A stretch of 64,000 bases of DNA from Prorocentrum cordatum (lineage: Eukaryota). This document shows positions 50,336 to 63,750 of this stretch, piece after piece. Position 1 is the first letter of the stretch; each line of letters starts with the position of its first letter. The notes beneath the pieces were generated by a model. It searched no databases. It was not told the DNA's origin and was given only the letters and a program-made list of their open reading frames with translations. Made by a program: the position numbers and the translations under genes. The stretch spans positions 372,001 through 436,000 of the forward strand of contig CAUYUJ010000003.1 in the NCBI GenBank assembly GCA_963575745.1. The letters run 5' to 3'.

Positions 50336-51200
50336 GTCGTAGTCGCCGTCGTCGTCTTCCTCGTCCGTCGTAGTCGTCGTCGTCCGTCGTCGTCGTCGTC
50401 GTCCGTCGTCGTAGTCGTCGTCGTCGTCGTCGTCCATGGTCGTCGTCGTCGTCCGTCGTCTTCCGTCGTCGTCGTCGTCGTTGTCGTTGTCGTCGTCGTC
50501 GTCGTCGTCCGTTGTCGTCGTCGTCGTCGTCGTCGTCCGTCGTCGTCGTCGGCATCGACGTCGTCGTCGTCCGTCGTCATCGTCGTCGTCGTTGTCGCCG
50601 CCCGTCGTCGTTGTCGTCGTCGTCCGCGGTCGTCGTCGTCGTCGTCCGTCGTCCTCGTCGTCGTCCGTCGTCGTCGTCGTTGTCGTCGTCGTCCGTCGTC
50701 GTCGTCCGTCGTCGCCTTCGTCGTCATGGTCGTCCGTCGTCGTCGTCGTCGTCGTGGTCGTCGTCGTCGTCGTCCGTCGTCGTCGTCGTCTACCGTCGTC
50801 GTCGTCATCGTCCGTCGTCTCCATCGGCGTCGTCGTCGTTGTCTGTCGTCGTCGTCGTCCGTCGTCCGTCGTCGTCTTCCTCGTCGTCGTCGCCCGTCAT
50901 CATCGTCGCCGTCGTCGTCGTTGTCAGTCGTCGCCGTCGTTGTCGTCGTCGCCGGCCGTCGTCGTCATCATCTTTGTTGTCATCGTCGCCGTCCGTCGTC
51001 GTCAACGTAGCCGTGTTCGTCGTCGTCGTCGTCCGTCGTCTTCGGCGTCGTCGTCGTCCGCCGTCTCCGTCGTCGTCGTCGTCGGTCGTCGTCGTCTTCG
51101 TCTTGGTCTTCGCCCGTCGTCGTCGCCAGCGTCGTCGTCGTCGTCGTCCGTCGTCGTCGTCGTCGTCGTCCGTCGTCGTCGTCGTCGTCGTCGTCGTCCA

Positions 51201-51233
<33 letters not shown>

Positions 51234-51600
51234 ATCGTCATCGTCGTTGTCGTCGTCGCCGTCCGTCGTCGTCATCATCGTTGTCGTCATCGTCGCCCGT
51301 CGTCGTCGTCGTCGTGTTCGTCGTCGTCGTCCGTCGTCGTCGTCGTGCGTCGCCGTCCGTCGTCGTCGTCGTCGTCGTCGTCCGTCGTCGTCGTCGTCGC
51401 CGTCCGTCGTCGTCGCAGTTTTCGTCGTCCGTCGTCGTCGTCGTCGTGCGTCGCTGTCTGTCGTCGTCGTCGTCGTCGTTGTCCGTCGTCGTCGTCGTCG
51501 TCGTCGTCCGTCGTCGTCGTCGTCGTCGGTGTCGTCGTCGTCGTCGTCGTCACCATCATCATCGACAGCATCATCATCGTCGTCGGCATCGTCGGCATCA
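44908..51600. repeat. Very long imperfect (GTC)n/(GAC)n microsatellite with frequent GTCC interruptions
   Basis: Seen directly. It is the source of all poly-S/V/R/D/T ORFs in this interval. Confidence 0.98.
45510..45532 (-). other. Best-preserved DinoSL-like sequence in the array, TCCGTATCCCTTTTGGGCTCAAG
   Basis: 20 of 22 positions are identical to TCCGTAGCCATTTTGGCTCAAG, with one inserted G. Confidence 0.8.
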
Positions 51601-51959
51601 TCATCAGCAGCATTATCATCAGCATGCATCTTCATCCTCATCCTCGTCCTCATCCCCATCCTCTCTCTTATGGTCGTCTTGGCCGTTGCGTCAACACCAT
51701 AGGCATCGTTGTCTCGACACACACATCGCCAATCTCATCATAGCCACCACCATCGCCATAGTCGTCGCCGTGAGCAGCAGCATCGTCATCGCCCTCCTCT
51801 TCATCATCATCGTCATCGTCGCCGTCTCTCGCCATCACCAACATCAACAGATCCACCACCACCACCGCTCACCACCACTCACCGCTCACCACTCGCTGCC
51901 ACCATTTACCATCGCTCGGACGCCCATTCCCCGTGCATGTGTCGGTTGCGTGCGTGCTC

Positions 51960-52161
51960 CTCTTGGCCAGATGATCCAGGATGCTCCTCGATGGTCCGAC
52001 GCTGCGTGGTGCGGGGCACGGGCCCTGCGCCCCTGAGGGTGATCCATAGCTCCACGAGGGCCTGCGGCGGGCTCGCGCTCCTGGCCTCCGAGTCCCGGGC
52101 TCGGGCCGACAGGCCCCGATCGCGTGAAGCGCACGAAGCCCGCGCCAGCAGAGCATGTTGC
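51960..52161 (-). CDS. Candidate exon, possibly N-terminal (MLCWRGLRALHAIG...SILDHLAK)
   Basis: Unique sequence between microsatellites with a CAG acceptor, an ATG at 52156 and an AG|GA donor-like end. No recognisable homology and the frame is uncertain. Confidence 0.2.
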
Positions 52162-52226
52162 CTGGAGGATCCCCAACCGTAGTGTCCTCGTCGTCCTCGT
52201 CGTCCTCGCTGTCGTCCTCTTCGTCG

Positions 52227-52257
<31 letters not shown>

Positions 52258-52395
52258 ACTCCTCGTCGTCCTCGCCGTCGTCGTCAACGTCTCCGCAGCC
52301 CTGCGGCCAGCCTGGGCCAGGAAGATCGACTTTCCACTGTTGAGACTGCGGCAAGTGCTCTCGACTCTCGATTGTCGCTCACTGCTGGGGCTTTA

Positions 52396-52625
52396 TCCTC
52401 CTCCTCCTCCTCCTCCTCCTCCGCCCTCCTCCTCATCCTCCTCCTCCTCCTCCTACTCCTCCTTCTCCCACATCTCTCCTCCTCCTCCTCTTCATCCTCC
52501 TCCTCCTCCTCCCCCTCCTCCTCCTCCCCCTCCTCCTCCCAAGTGATCTCGGTCTTTGTCTCCCTCCACCTCCTCCTCCTCCTCCTCCCTCATCTCTCCT
52601 CCTACTGCTGTCTCTTCTCCTCCTA
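52396..52625. repeat. (TCC)n imperfect microsatellite
   Basis: Seen directly. Confidence 0.9.
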
Positions 52626-53480
52626 AGTAGCACTCTCGGTTGTTTTCCTGTGAGCGCTCATTGTTGGACGCACGCTGCTGGTGTTCTGTCCTGACGCATG
52701 CCATAGAACCCCCTTGCGCTTTGGCGTGGGAGGAAGCCAAAAAGGACGTGCAGTCCTCCAAGCCATGCCCAACATCTCGGACAAAACGAATTTGAGCTAC
52801 GCACCCATGCTCAGAAAAGAAACAAAGAACTCGGAGGAGGAAAATTAACCGATGCCGCTACAATTGCCTCGTTTTGGCCACGTGGGGTCTCCCAGGAGGC
52901 CCTCGTCGCCAGCGCTGGATTCGAATCGAAATCCTGGTCAGAACGCACCCCGAGAGAGATCCGGGGAGTAGCGGTATCGGTACCTTTTCGTCTCCCCAGG
53001 GCCATCGCCACCGAGAACCCATCGGTGGGGTGCAGAGCCCGGGGAGATGGCACGCCCGATCGTCACCCAGTGCTGGACCACGCTCAGTCGATTCCCTCAC
53101 GAGGGGTTCGCGGTGGCCGCGGTCCATGTTTCTACCCTGACACTCAACATGCGGCGCGAGCGCACTATTGGCGTATGTAGCTAGCTGTCGAGCCCAATCT
53201 CACCGATAGAAGGGCGCGAACTCTGAACCAGCACCAGACCTGGCCGGTCGGGTGCCGTACCTAGGCTTGGTGCATGGTCTCTGGCTGCCGCTGGCAAGGC
53301 CAGTTCAGGGCCCAGGATGCGTCTGGCCAGCCCTGGTGTTGGCAGGTGGCGTCCTTTCTCGCCGAGTCTGTCTCTGCAGCTCGACGAATGCGACGGCCTT
53401 ACATGCGCTTTGCTCAAACCTTCTCACCACTGTCGCCGGCAAACTCTGGCCGGTCACCCTATGGGATAGCCCGATGCCTG

Positions 53481-53540
53481 TCAGTCGGCGTACCAGTAGA
53501 GCACGGACACGAGGCAGTAGGCGAGTGTGAGCAGGAAACC
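53481..53540 (-). CDS. CAX: Terminal coding exon of a Ca2+/H+ exchanger, CAX/Vcx1 family (GFLLTLAYCLVSVLYWYAD*)
   Basis: AG acceptor after a pyrimidine tract. Joins in phase 0 to the upstream exon to give DGKSNWLE-GFLLTLAY, the last transmembrane helix motif (DGxSNWLEG...Y) of CAX antiporters; ends in TGA. Confidence 0.88.
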   Translation of the reverse strand, partial: GFLLTLAYCLVSVLYWYAD

Positions 53541-54004
53541 CTCCAGAAAAGAGTGAGGAGGGGTGGGGAGAGGACGGGAGAAGGGAGGGAGTAGGAGAAA
53601 GGGGATGATAAGAGAGAGAGAGAGAGTGAGGAGGAGAGGGAGGAGGAAGAGGAGGAGGAGGAAGAGGCGGAGGAGGAGGAGGAGGAGGTGGTGGATAAGA
53701 AGATACGTAGGAATAGGAGGAGAGAGTCAGGCAAGAAGAGGACGAGGCGGAGAAAGGACAAGAGAGGGGAGGGAGGAGTAAAAAGAGTAGGAGGAGGGAG
53801 GCACAGAGGGAATAGGAGGAAAGGAGGGGTGGGGGAAGGGAGGGTGGGGAAGCAGGGGGGTTGAGGAGGCGGGAGGAGGGACAGGGATGATGATGAGGAG
53901 GAGGAGGAGGAGGAGGAGGAGGAGGAGGAGGAGAAGGGGGGGGGGGAGGAGGGAGGGAGTGGAAGGAGAAGGGGAGTAGAAAAGATAAAGTAAGAGAGAC
54001 GAAC

Positions 54005-54049
54005 CTCCAACCAATTGGACTTGCCGTCCATCACGATCGAGAACACCAC
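54005..54049 (-). CDS. CAX: Penultimate 45-nt exon of the CAX-family Ca2+/H+ exchanger (VVFSIVMDGKSNWLE)
   Basis: AAG acceptor, GAG|GTTCGT donor, DGKSNWLE signature. Confidence 0.88.
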
Positions 54050-55909
54050 CTTCGCAAGATCGAAAGGTGCCCCTCCCGCGCCTCCTCCCGATCCTACCCC
54101 TCCTCCTCCAACCCCTCCCTTCCTCATCCTCCTCTTCCTCCTCCTCCTCAAGATCAAGCTGTTTCTCCTTATCCCTCTCCCCTGACAGCAAAGCGCCGCA
54201 CGATCGTCAGAGCATCAGGCAGCCTCTGAACCCGCTTAATCACCTCGTCCTCCACCTCCTCCCGTTTTTCCTTTTTTTATAGAATATCGGCCCATTCCTC
54301 CTCTTCATCCTCCGCATCCGCCCTCCTTTCAAACATGTGCACATGTATACATAGATATGTGTGTGCATATTTGCGTGAATCTACATATATATACACATGA
54401 TCGGTTCGCCATCGTGGGCCCCCATGTAATTAATGTTTTTGTCTAGCAACATGTGTGGGGCGACAAGGGCATATATATATATATATATACACATTCCCAA
54501 TCAATGCTTGCACTGAAGGGGTCCTAGCGGGTATTCCCAAATCAGTGCTTGCGCTGAAATGGTCCTAGCGGATATTGAAAAATCTGGCCAACATTTCCCG
54601 CCGATTTTGGCAGCCGGCTGGTCCCGGTTCTGGATTCCCGGGTTCCTGAGTATTGGTTCCGCGCTGACTTCGGTGGGTTCTGGGTTCCCGGGTTCCCGGT
54701 CGATCTCCTTTATCGATCTCTTGATCGATCCCACGATGCATTATCGATCTCACGATGCACCTCACCCAATCGATCTCACCATCGATCTCATTATCGATTT
54801 AACCATCGATCTGACTATCGATCTCACTGCCCATCTCATTGGTGGCTGGCTGGGATCCCGGGCCCCCGATTGATAAAACAAAACCGATTTCGGTGGGCGG
54901 CGGGGTTCCGGGGTTTCCAATTTCGGGCCCCCGGGTTCCCAGTCGATCCCTCTATCGATCTCAGTATCGATTTTATTCAGTCGACACCAATATCGATCCC
55001 ACCATCCGTTTTACATGTGATATCACTGTCGATCTCTTTCATTCGACCCGGATCAATACCGATTTCAACATCGAACACACTATGTTATCGATCTCGCCAT
55101 CGTTCCCACTCCTGCGAAACGTTTCAAAATCCATTGATTATTTTTCCTGGTGTGGTCATATGGGTATATGTATTTACATATATATATATATGTAAATACA
55201 TACATACCACGTTGGCGTGTGCATTATATGCGTTGCAGTCAACGTTGTGCGATGTATGTAAGCCAGTCGGTGTGGCGGTGCAACAGTTGCTGTACAATCT
55301 ATGATTTGCAAACTATGTTGGGCAATGTTATATATACACATACATATCTATAGATGGGACATGTTTTATATGTGGTGCAATGTAGAGCGTGCAAACCACG
55401 CTGTGCATCCTATGGTGTGGCATCTGTGTTGTGCACCATATGTTGTGCAATATATGTTGGGTCAGCTGATTTCGGACAATAAAAATGGTGGCGATATATA
55501 TATATATATATACACACATGCATGTGTGAAGCGCTTTATGTAATACATCATGCGTGGTACGACCATCGTGGTACGATCAAAGTTATGTAATCTATGTGAC
55601 GCAACCCACCGCATGCTGTGTCAGATACGCGGTGCATCCTAGGCTGTGTGATATAAGGAAAGCAATCTGCGCTGTACAATATATGTGGTGCTATGGGTGT
55701 TGTGACACGTATAGTCTGCAATATATGTTGGGCAACTCATGTGGTGCAGTCTGGGTTGTGCAATCTACGGTGCAATTTATTTGCCGGACTTGAACTTGTC
55801 AACTCCACTGCTCGCGCAATCATCCCACCCACCCACCCGCAACTCGGTTTTCAAAACCCATTCGGGAGCGATTGCGATGAGTGCTGGGTGTTAGCTGGTG
55901 CATGTATGC

Positions 55910-58900
55910 GGCCGCGCTAGCCCGCGCATAATCGCGCGCGCGCAGGAGCCAACTAGTTTGGCGCGGCCGACGCGCCGACGCGAACGCGGTGGCGCTGACC
56001 GCTCGGCACATCCAGCGGGCACTTCAATGCGAGTCGGCGACTTGGGCGGGCGCGGTTTCATGGCAACGCCGACAAGGGTATACACGATGATGATGGTAAC
56101 GGTGCTGTTGACGAAGCTGATCGCGACGACGGGGCAGCCAATGACGGCGCCGATGCTGATCTCACAGGCGACGATGACGGCGTCTTCGCGTCGGTGATGA
56201 AACTGTTGGAAGGAATTCGAAATGCGCGCGCGGCAGACCCGCGAGGGTGGCTAGCATGGTATCATTCGACACGGATCGTGCCACCCCAGCACGCGCGAAA
56301 AGGCATTCGAACGATTTCGACATGCGCGCGCGAAACCCGTTTGGGAGCATGTTATGAGCATGCTGAAACACACGAACTTTGCTATAACAAACAATGCTTC
56401 AACGCGCGCACGGTGTTGTTGAAAGTCCGTGTTGCGAAACTATGTGATTTATGCTTTGTGTACACTCGATTTCGAAAACCTTCCGAACACGATAGGTTTT
56501 GAACAATTTCGTCATGCGCGCGCGACGACGCGCGCGCGTGCACTTCGTCTCATAATTTTCGCATGGGATATATGAAAACTTCCGTGTTTTGATAATACGT
56601 GTGATATGCTTGTTTGCGAGGGAAAAGAAGGGGGGCCGATGCTGGTTTGGCTGAAATAATATAAACTCATAAATCGGATGGCCACTGGGTCAGAATCATC
56701 TGCGTTTTGCATGGGTTTCCGGGGGGTCGATAAATCCAGGGGGGAAGGTGGTTTCAACTTAATTATTTGTTTTAGACAAGGGGAGTCTGGGTTGTGCGAT
56801 CTTTGTGGCGCAATCTACGCTGCGCAATCCATGTGTCTCGAACGCGAAAGATACCCGCACCCTTGCCCGGGCGGGGTGGCGAGGGACGGGGGGGGGCGAC
56901 GCGCCGCGGCTGACGCCGGTTGGGCAAGTGCAGATGCAACGGCCCATGGAACATTACAAGACGCTGTCTTCTCCGGGCATCCGCCGGCACCGAAGGCGCG
57001 CGCGTTCCAGTCGGCAGAGCGGCCGACCGCGCGTTGGTCGCTCTCGGGCTGGAGTAGGTCGTTCGGGGGCGCGCCCACGAAGGCGCGAAATCAAGCGCCC
57101 GGGGCTCGACGCGCAAAATGCGCCCTGGGTGTCCTGGGCGGGCGCCGTTGCAATCCCGCGCTCGCCCCAAACGCCCGGGGCCCCAAACGCGAGGCTCGGC
57201 CGCCAAGGGCAGCCCCCTGGAAAACCCGCCTGGCGTCGCCCCAGCTAAGTCCGAGCACGCGTCGGGGAGCGCAGTCGCCGACGCGCGTTGATGGTGTCCC
57301 CGGACGCGCGCCCGTTCCTAGTCGAGGTGGCGTTTGGTCGAAAGCGCTCTCGGGCGCGCGCGCGGCCCCCGAAGGCGCCCCCGAACGCGGCCGCAGCGGC
57401 CCACGGGGGGGCGCGAGATTGCAACGACGCTCCAGCGGGCAGGCCCGAAGCCAGCAGAGCGGTGGTGCCCGTCCCCAAATGGGACAGGCACCACCGCATG
57501 CCGCGCTAGACCCCGCGGACACCCCCGATGCCCCCATGCGCCCCTGACGCAAGCCAGGGCATGTCGCTGCAATCGAACAACCAGCCGCCCAGCATGTCGC
57601 TGCGCCCCGGCGCGCGGATGCTGAAACAGCGCGCACGAGGCAGGCTGATCGGGCGCAGTGGCCAGCGCCCAATCCAGCAGGCGGCCCTTTTTCACCCGGG
57701 CCGACCCCGGGTAAGGGCATGTAAAAAACAATGAATGCGGTGCGACCGATGCGGCGCAGTCTATGTGGCGCGATGTATGTTGAGCACCCTATTTGGCCGC
57801 GGCGGGGCGGCGACGGGGCGGCAGCGGGGCGGCGACGGCGGCGACGTAGCCGCCAGACCGCAACGCAAGCCCAACGGAGCGGCGACGGAATGGCGACGGC
57901 AACAACATAGACGCCAACCGCCACGCAGGACCAAACGATGGGGAACAACGAGGCGGCGACGGCGGCACTATAGCCGCCGGACAACCACACGTGCCCACTT
58001 GTTTGTATTCCGTAAGACATGGCACGACTTGCAAACACTGCTGGGCGAATCTGTCGCTGCCAGCGTGGGCCCCGCGCGCTGACGTGGTGCACTGTCGATG
58101 TGTACGAAGGGTGGTGTGATATCGTGGTGTAGTCCATATGGCGTGAAATTCGGTATTGGCTACCTGGCGATAAATATATATATATATGTATATATATATA
58201 CATATATATATGTATATATATATATATATTGGTGCAAAGAAGTTATGTTCGCAGCGATTGCTCAACACAGGCCGCTCGCTCAAACATCCCACCCCCCCGC
58301 CCGCAACGCGACTCGCGGAGCCCACGCGGCGGCAACTGCGATGCCTGCCCGGCGCTGGTCGGCTGATCGCTGCAGCCGCGCTGGCGCGCGCTGGCTCGCG
58401 AGCGGAGCGGCCAGCTGGTCTGGCGCGACCGACGCGACCCCGGTGGCGCTGATCGCTCGGGACTTCGCAGCGCGCCTCACAGGCCACGCTGACGCGCGGG
58501 CACTTCAATGCGAGTCGGTGGCTCGGGCGGGCGCGGCATCGTGGCGACGTCGACAACGGCGTGCGCGACGATGGTCGCAGCGACGCTGGCGGTGGCGATG
58601 TCGACGACGACGGCGCAGCAACTGCTGGTGCCGATGCTGATGAAGCCGATGACGACGATGGTGTCCACGCGTCGATGATGAAGGTTGCGGAAAGATTTCG
58701 ACGCGCGCGCGCGGTCGACGGGCGCGAACGGTCCGCATGGTATAACTGGACAAGGATCGTGCCCCCACCCCCCAAGAACGAGCGCAGGGGCGTTCGAATG
58801 GTGTCGCCATGCTCCCCCGAAAGGCAGGTTTGGTAGCATCTGCTAAACATATTGAAAAACGCATCGGTTGTTAAGACGTCGCGAAAGCGCGCCGATTTGT

Positions 58901-60300
58901 TTTGAATGCGCATGTTGCAAAACCCCATGGTTTGATTTGTTCTCGGGATGCTCAAGTTCGAAGTCCTTACGTAATCTAAAAAAATGGTTTGAAGGATTTC
59001 GGGCGGCGCTGGCTGGCCCATCGCCGCGGCCGCGCTAGCGCGCGCAGGCTCGCGAGCAGAGCGGCCAGCTGTTCTGGCGCGACCGACGCGACCCCGGCGG
59101 CGCTGACCGCTCGGGACTTCCCAGCGCGCCCCGCAGTCCGCGCTGGCGCGCGGGCACTTCAATGCGCGAGGGCGACTCGGGCGGGCGCGGTACCATGGCG
59201 ACGTCGAAAACGGCATGCGCGATGATAAGTGTAGCGATGCTGGTGGCGACGACGTCGATGGCGACGGCAAAACAACTGCCGGCGCCGACGCTGATGAAAC
59301 CGATGGCGATGATAGCGCCCACGCGTCGGCGATGAAGGTTTCGGAGAGATTTCGACGCGCGCGCGGCCGACGGGCGCGAGCGGCCCGCGCGGTATAATGC
59401 GACAGGAATCGCGCCCCGCCAGCACGCGCGCAGGGGCGTTCGAATTGTGTCGACATGCTCCTCCGAAAGGCCCGTGCGGTAACATTTCTTCAAAATGTTG
59501 AAAAACCGATTGGCTTTTCAAGATGTCACAAGAGCGCGCGCGCCGATTTGTTTTGAATGCTTATGTTGCAAAACCATGCGGTGTGATACGTTATCGGAAT
59601 GCTCAAGCTCGAAGTCCTTGCGTAATCTAAAGAGTGTTCGAATAATTTCGGCGCGCGCGCTGCGACGTCGCGACGCGCGCGCTTCGCCCAATCTGTCGCA
59701 ATGATTTCTTGACCATGGAAGCCCGTTGACAAACAGGTGCGTGCGCGCACAATTTTACGCAAAATGTGGCATGGGGGCGATGCCAGCTTGGCGGGGGCAA
59801 TGTGAATTCAAACTTAGGAGAAACGATGGGGCAAAATCACATGCAACCCGCACATCCTCAGGGCGGGCCGATACCCCCGGCCTCGGGGGGCGGCGGAATC
59901 GAATTCCTTTCTTTCCTCAGACAGGAAAACCCACCTGGCAGATCTTGGGATCGTGAATCCCGCTGCTCGCGCACATCCCGCGAGCATTTCGTTCGACGCA
60001 ATCCACGCGGCTGCATTTGGGGTGGATGTGCGGCAATAGCTGGCGCACCCCGGCGGCTGCGCCAGCGCGCAGCAACTGGCGCGCAGAGCGGCCAGCTGGT
60101 CGGGCACGAGCGACGCGGCCGCGATGGCGCTCACCGAAGGGAACTTGCCAGCGCATCTCAAGAGCCGCGGTGGCGCGCGGGCGCCCCAGCACGAGACGGC
60201 GACCCGGGCGCGACATCGCGATGCCGTCGACGACGGCGGCGACGATGATGCGAATAACGATTGCGTAGGTCATGCAATGGCGACGACGACGATGGCGACC
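55910..60300. repeat. GCGCGC-rich ~600-700-bp repeat family, about 4 copies (55910-56540, 58370-59000, 59025-59720, partial 60040-60300)
   Basis: Shared GGCCAGCT...CCGACGCG...GGCGCTGA.CGCTCGG...GGGCACTTCAATGCG blocks. Confidence 0.85.
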
Positions 60301-61229
60301 CCCATGCGTCAGCAAAGGAAGAGAGCACGGGATTTCAAAAGAACCGATGCACTTTCCCTGCGAAAAACACTTGGTCTGCACATGTTCGTGAGGAGCTTTA
60401 CTTTGAGATGCGCTGGAAACCAATGGGTTGCAAGGCTGTCGACGCGCGCGCGCGGCGGCGCGCGCGTGGCCCTCGCGGTGCCATTTGGCGCGGTGCCCCG
60501 GCATGGGCGCATGCAAATCGACGCGGAGATACCGCCGAGTGGAATGGAAATGCGGCTTCTGGATGAGATCGCTTGAAAAACATGGTTCTCCTGCGATTTC
60601 AGCAAACCTGCGCGGGCGGACCGTTCGCCAGATTTGCAATGGCAAACCGCAACATGGTTCTATGTGTTTGGCTGAAATGCCGGCCAAAACTAACGCGTTT
60701 GGAACGGTTTCGAAATTTGCGCACCCGCGCTGGCAATGTGATCTGCCGTGGGTTCTAGAATTGTTATCTTTCCGACTAAGCGAACGCGCGCGCATTGTAT
60801 CTTTGACAAGGAGGACGGGGGGGTCAATGCCTCTTGGTCCAGGGTGGTCTCGTTTCAAATTGCAAATATAACAAAGCACCGTAAACTCTGGAGGTGCGAA
60901 GGGGTATCACATTTTCCTCTGGCAAGGCGAATGTGTATGATGCGAGCTGCGTGGCGTTAGCTATGTGGCACAATCTACGTGGCTCGAAGAAGGGCGAGCC
61001 ACGCGGTGCAATCCATGTGGTTCGATTTACGTGGCGAGGGATGCGCGGTGCAATCGACGTGGTGCAATCTGTATAGTGCGCGCCATGTGGTGTGAACTAT
61101 GTGGTGACTGCTCCGATCTGCAAATTATGCGGCGTGGTGGAAACTATGTGGTCTGCGCTATCCGGTGTAGACTACGCGGTTAATCTGCGCTTTGCGAGCT
61201 GCGCATTGCGCGCGCACGGGCCTCCGCGA

Positions 61230-61890
61230 GGCGATGGCGGGCGGCTGCGCGGCGATTACCGCGGGGCCTGCCCCGCGCGCGAGGCGGCGACGAGGCGGCC
61301 GCGGGCGGCGGCGCGGCGAAACCCTGCCGGGCCCGCCCGTCGCGCGGGGCGGCCACTAGGCGGCAACGTGGCGGAACCTCGTCAAACCCACAAAACGCAC
61401 GAGGCGCCGCGAGTTGCCGCGGGCGGCAAAGCGGCGAAGCCTCGGCGACGCGCGAAGCGGCCACGAGGCGGCCGCGGAAGACAACGCGGCGAATATTCGC
61501 CGGCTCCACCTCGCGCGCGAGGCGGCCGCGAAGCGGCCGCGGGTGGCAGCGCGACGAAACCTCGCAAAACTCCCCCAGCGCACAGGGCGGCCACGAGGCG
61601 GCCATGGGCGGCAACGCGGCGAAACCTCGCTGCCCCCCCAGCGCGCGAAGCGGCCGCGCGGGGGGCAACGCGAAGAAACCTCGCCAGACCAATCCAGACA
61701 AATCAAGCGCGCGAGGCGGCCACGAGGCGGCCGCGGGCAGCAGCGCGGCAGAACCTCGCCGCGCCCGCCCAACTCGCGAGGCGGCCACGAGCAGGCCACA
61801 GGCAGCAATCGAAACCTCGCCCGACCCACCCAGCACACGAAGCGGCCACGGGGCGGCCACGGGGTGCGACTTTGAAAACCCTCGCCAGAT
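61230..61890. repeat. GC-rich ~60-bp degenerate minisatellite
   Basis: GCGAGGCGGCCACGAGGCGGCCGCGGGCGGCAACGCGGCGAAACCTCGC-like units. Confidence 0.85.
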
Positions 61891-61949
61891 CCATCCAAGT
61901 CCGTAGTGGCGCCAGTAAGACCCTCCGCGCGGATGGGGCACTGCGCTTC

Positions 61950-61965
61950 TATGTGAATATATATG

Positions 61966-62019
<54 letters not shown>

Positions 62020-62610
62020 GGTGCGTGTACGCATATGCATATGTGAATGTATAAATGTGTGTATGTATGTGTGCATGCATGTGTATATATACACGCGTGC
62101 ATTTATATCTACAAATGTATACACATCGGTATATATATATATATATATATGAGTCTGCATCTATATATATGTATGTATATGCACATGTGTACGTACATGT
62201 ATATGTATACGTGTACGTAATTGTGCATGCTTATGGTTGTACATATATACATATATATGTGTGTGTAATGTAGATGAACATACATATGTATATGAATTTG
62301 CAAGTGCATGTGTATGTGTCTATGTATGTGTATATGTAGTTGCATTTGTAAACATTAGTGTGCATGCACACGAATATGTAGGTGCATGTGAAAATGAATG
62401 TGTTCGTGTATTTTTGCGTGCGCATGCAACTACAAATGTATATGTATATGTATACGTATGTGCACATGTATGCGTATTTGTATGTGGATGGTGCCATATA
62501 TATGTGTGTATCCACATATATATATATGCATGTATATATACATATATATACAACTATATATATATATATGTATATATACATATGGATGTGTGTGTACACA
62601 TACATACATA
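61950..62610. repeat. (TA)/(TG)/(CA) low-complexity tract
   Basis: Seen directly. Confidence 0.95.
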
Positions 62611-63347
62611 ACAACCCCCCCTCCCCCCCCCCAAAAAAAAAAAAAAACGAAACCGCCGCCACCGCCACCACCTCCTTGAGGGGCCATCCGGCAGCGGGGG
62701 GGGTAGGCTTGCTGTCCCCTATTCCAGCTCCAGCTCCAAGCCTCCAATGTTACACTCCTGCCTTCTGCACCGCGCTGTAAATTGTTTTGGGCCGCGCGAG
62801 GATGGGGTGCCCGAGAGGGACTTTGTGTTGCCCTCCCCTCTGGGGGTGCACAGGATTCCAATATTTCTGGGGTGGGGTGGGGTGGGTGGGTGGGTGGGCG
62901 GGGGAGGGGGGGGGCGTTGGGCGCGTTGAAAATACATGGTATCTATGCCATCGAAGCCACAATGCCTCGCAAATCGCAGATTCCGCGCTCTCGAGGCCGC
63001 CGCCCTTGGAGAGGTCACCCATAGATGGTTCCAAGACGACCCAACAAGGGCCCCGAGAGCGATCCCATGGTCCCCCAAGAAGGGCCCAATAAACCAACAT
63101 CAACGGGTTCCATACGGTTTCTGCCAGGCGTTCGCGCGCTCGCCCTTTCCGAGCTCCCCACGGTTCAATGAACGCTCAAGAGAGCGCCCCGAAACGACCC
63201 GAAAAGCCCCCAAAACAGCCTCAAGAGTTCATTGCGTGGCAACGCTCCAGCGGATGCCACGCCCCAGGCTGGGACGCCCAAGCGCACCGAAACGTCTCCT
63301 ATCCCATTATAACAGAGAGGGGGCAGGCGGTTGGGAGCGAAACCCTT

Positions 63348-63470
63348 ACATATATGTTTGCAATATGTATGTAAAGACGTGTGCATGTGTGTTTGCATGT
63401 CCGTATGAATGTATGTTTGCATGTGTGTATGGATGCACATACGGATGCATACATGCATGCATGTATGTGC

Positions 63471-63538
<68 letters not shown>

Positions 63539-63750
63539 GCCTGCCTGTATGTGTGTACGTATGTATGCACGCATGTATGTATGTACGCATGCATGCATAA
63601 ATGCATGCAGGCATGCATGTTTGCGTGAGTGCATGTATGTATGCATGTACGCACGCACGTATGTCTGTATGTATGGGTGGATGGATGGATGCGCGTGTCT
63701 ATAAAAAGGTGTGTTTGCATGTACGTATGCATGCACGCATGTATGTACAC
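63348..63750. repeat. (TATG)/(TGCA)/(GTCT)n low-complexity tract
   Basis: Seen directly. Confidence 0.95.

Noticed and set aside
44890..51743. Dozens of poly-Ser/Val/Arg/Asp/Thr ORFs
   Set aside because: Translations of the (GTC)n microsatellite, with frequent frame-shifting GTCC interruptions.
57540..57620. MLGGWLFD peptide as a possible upstream CAX exon
   Set aside because: Surrounding residues do not match CAX helices and no splice sites frame it.
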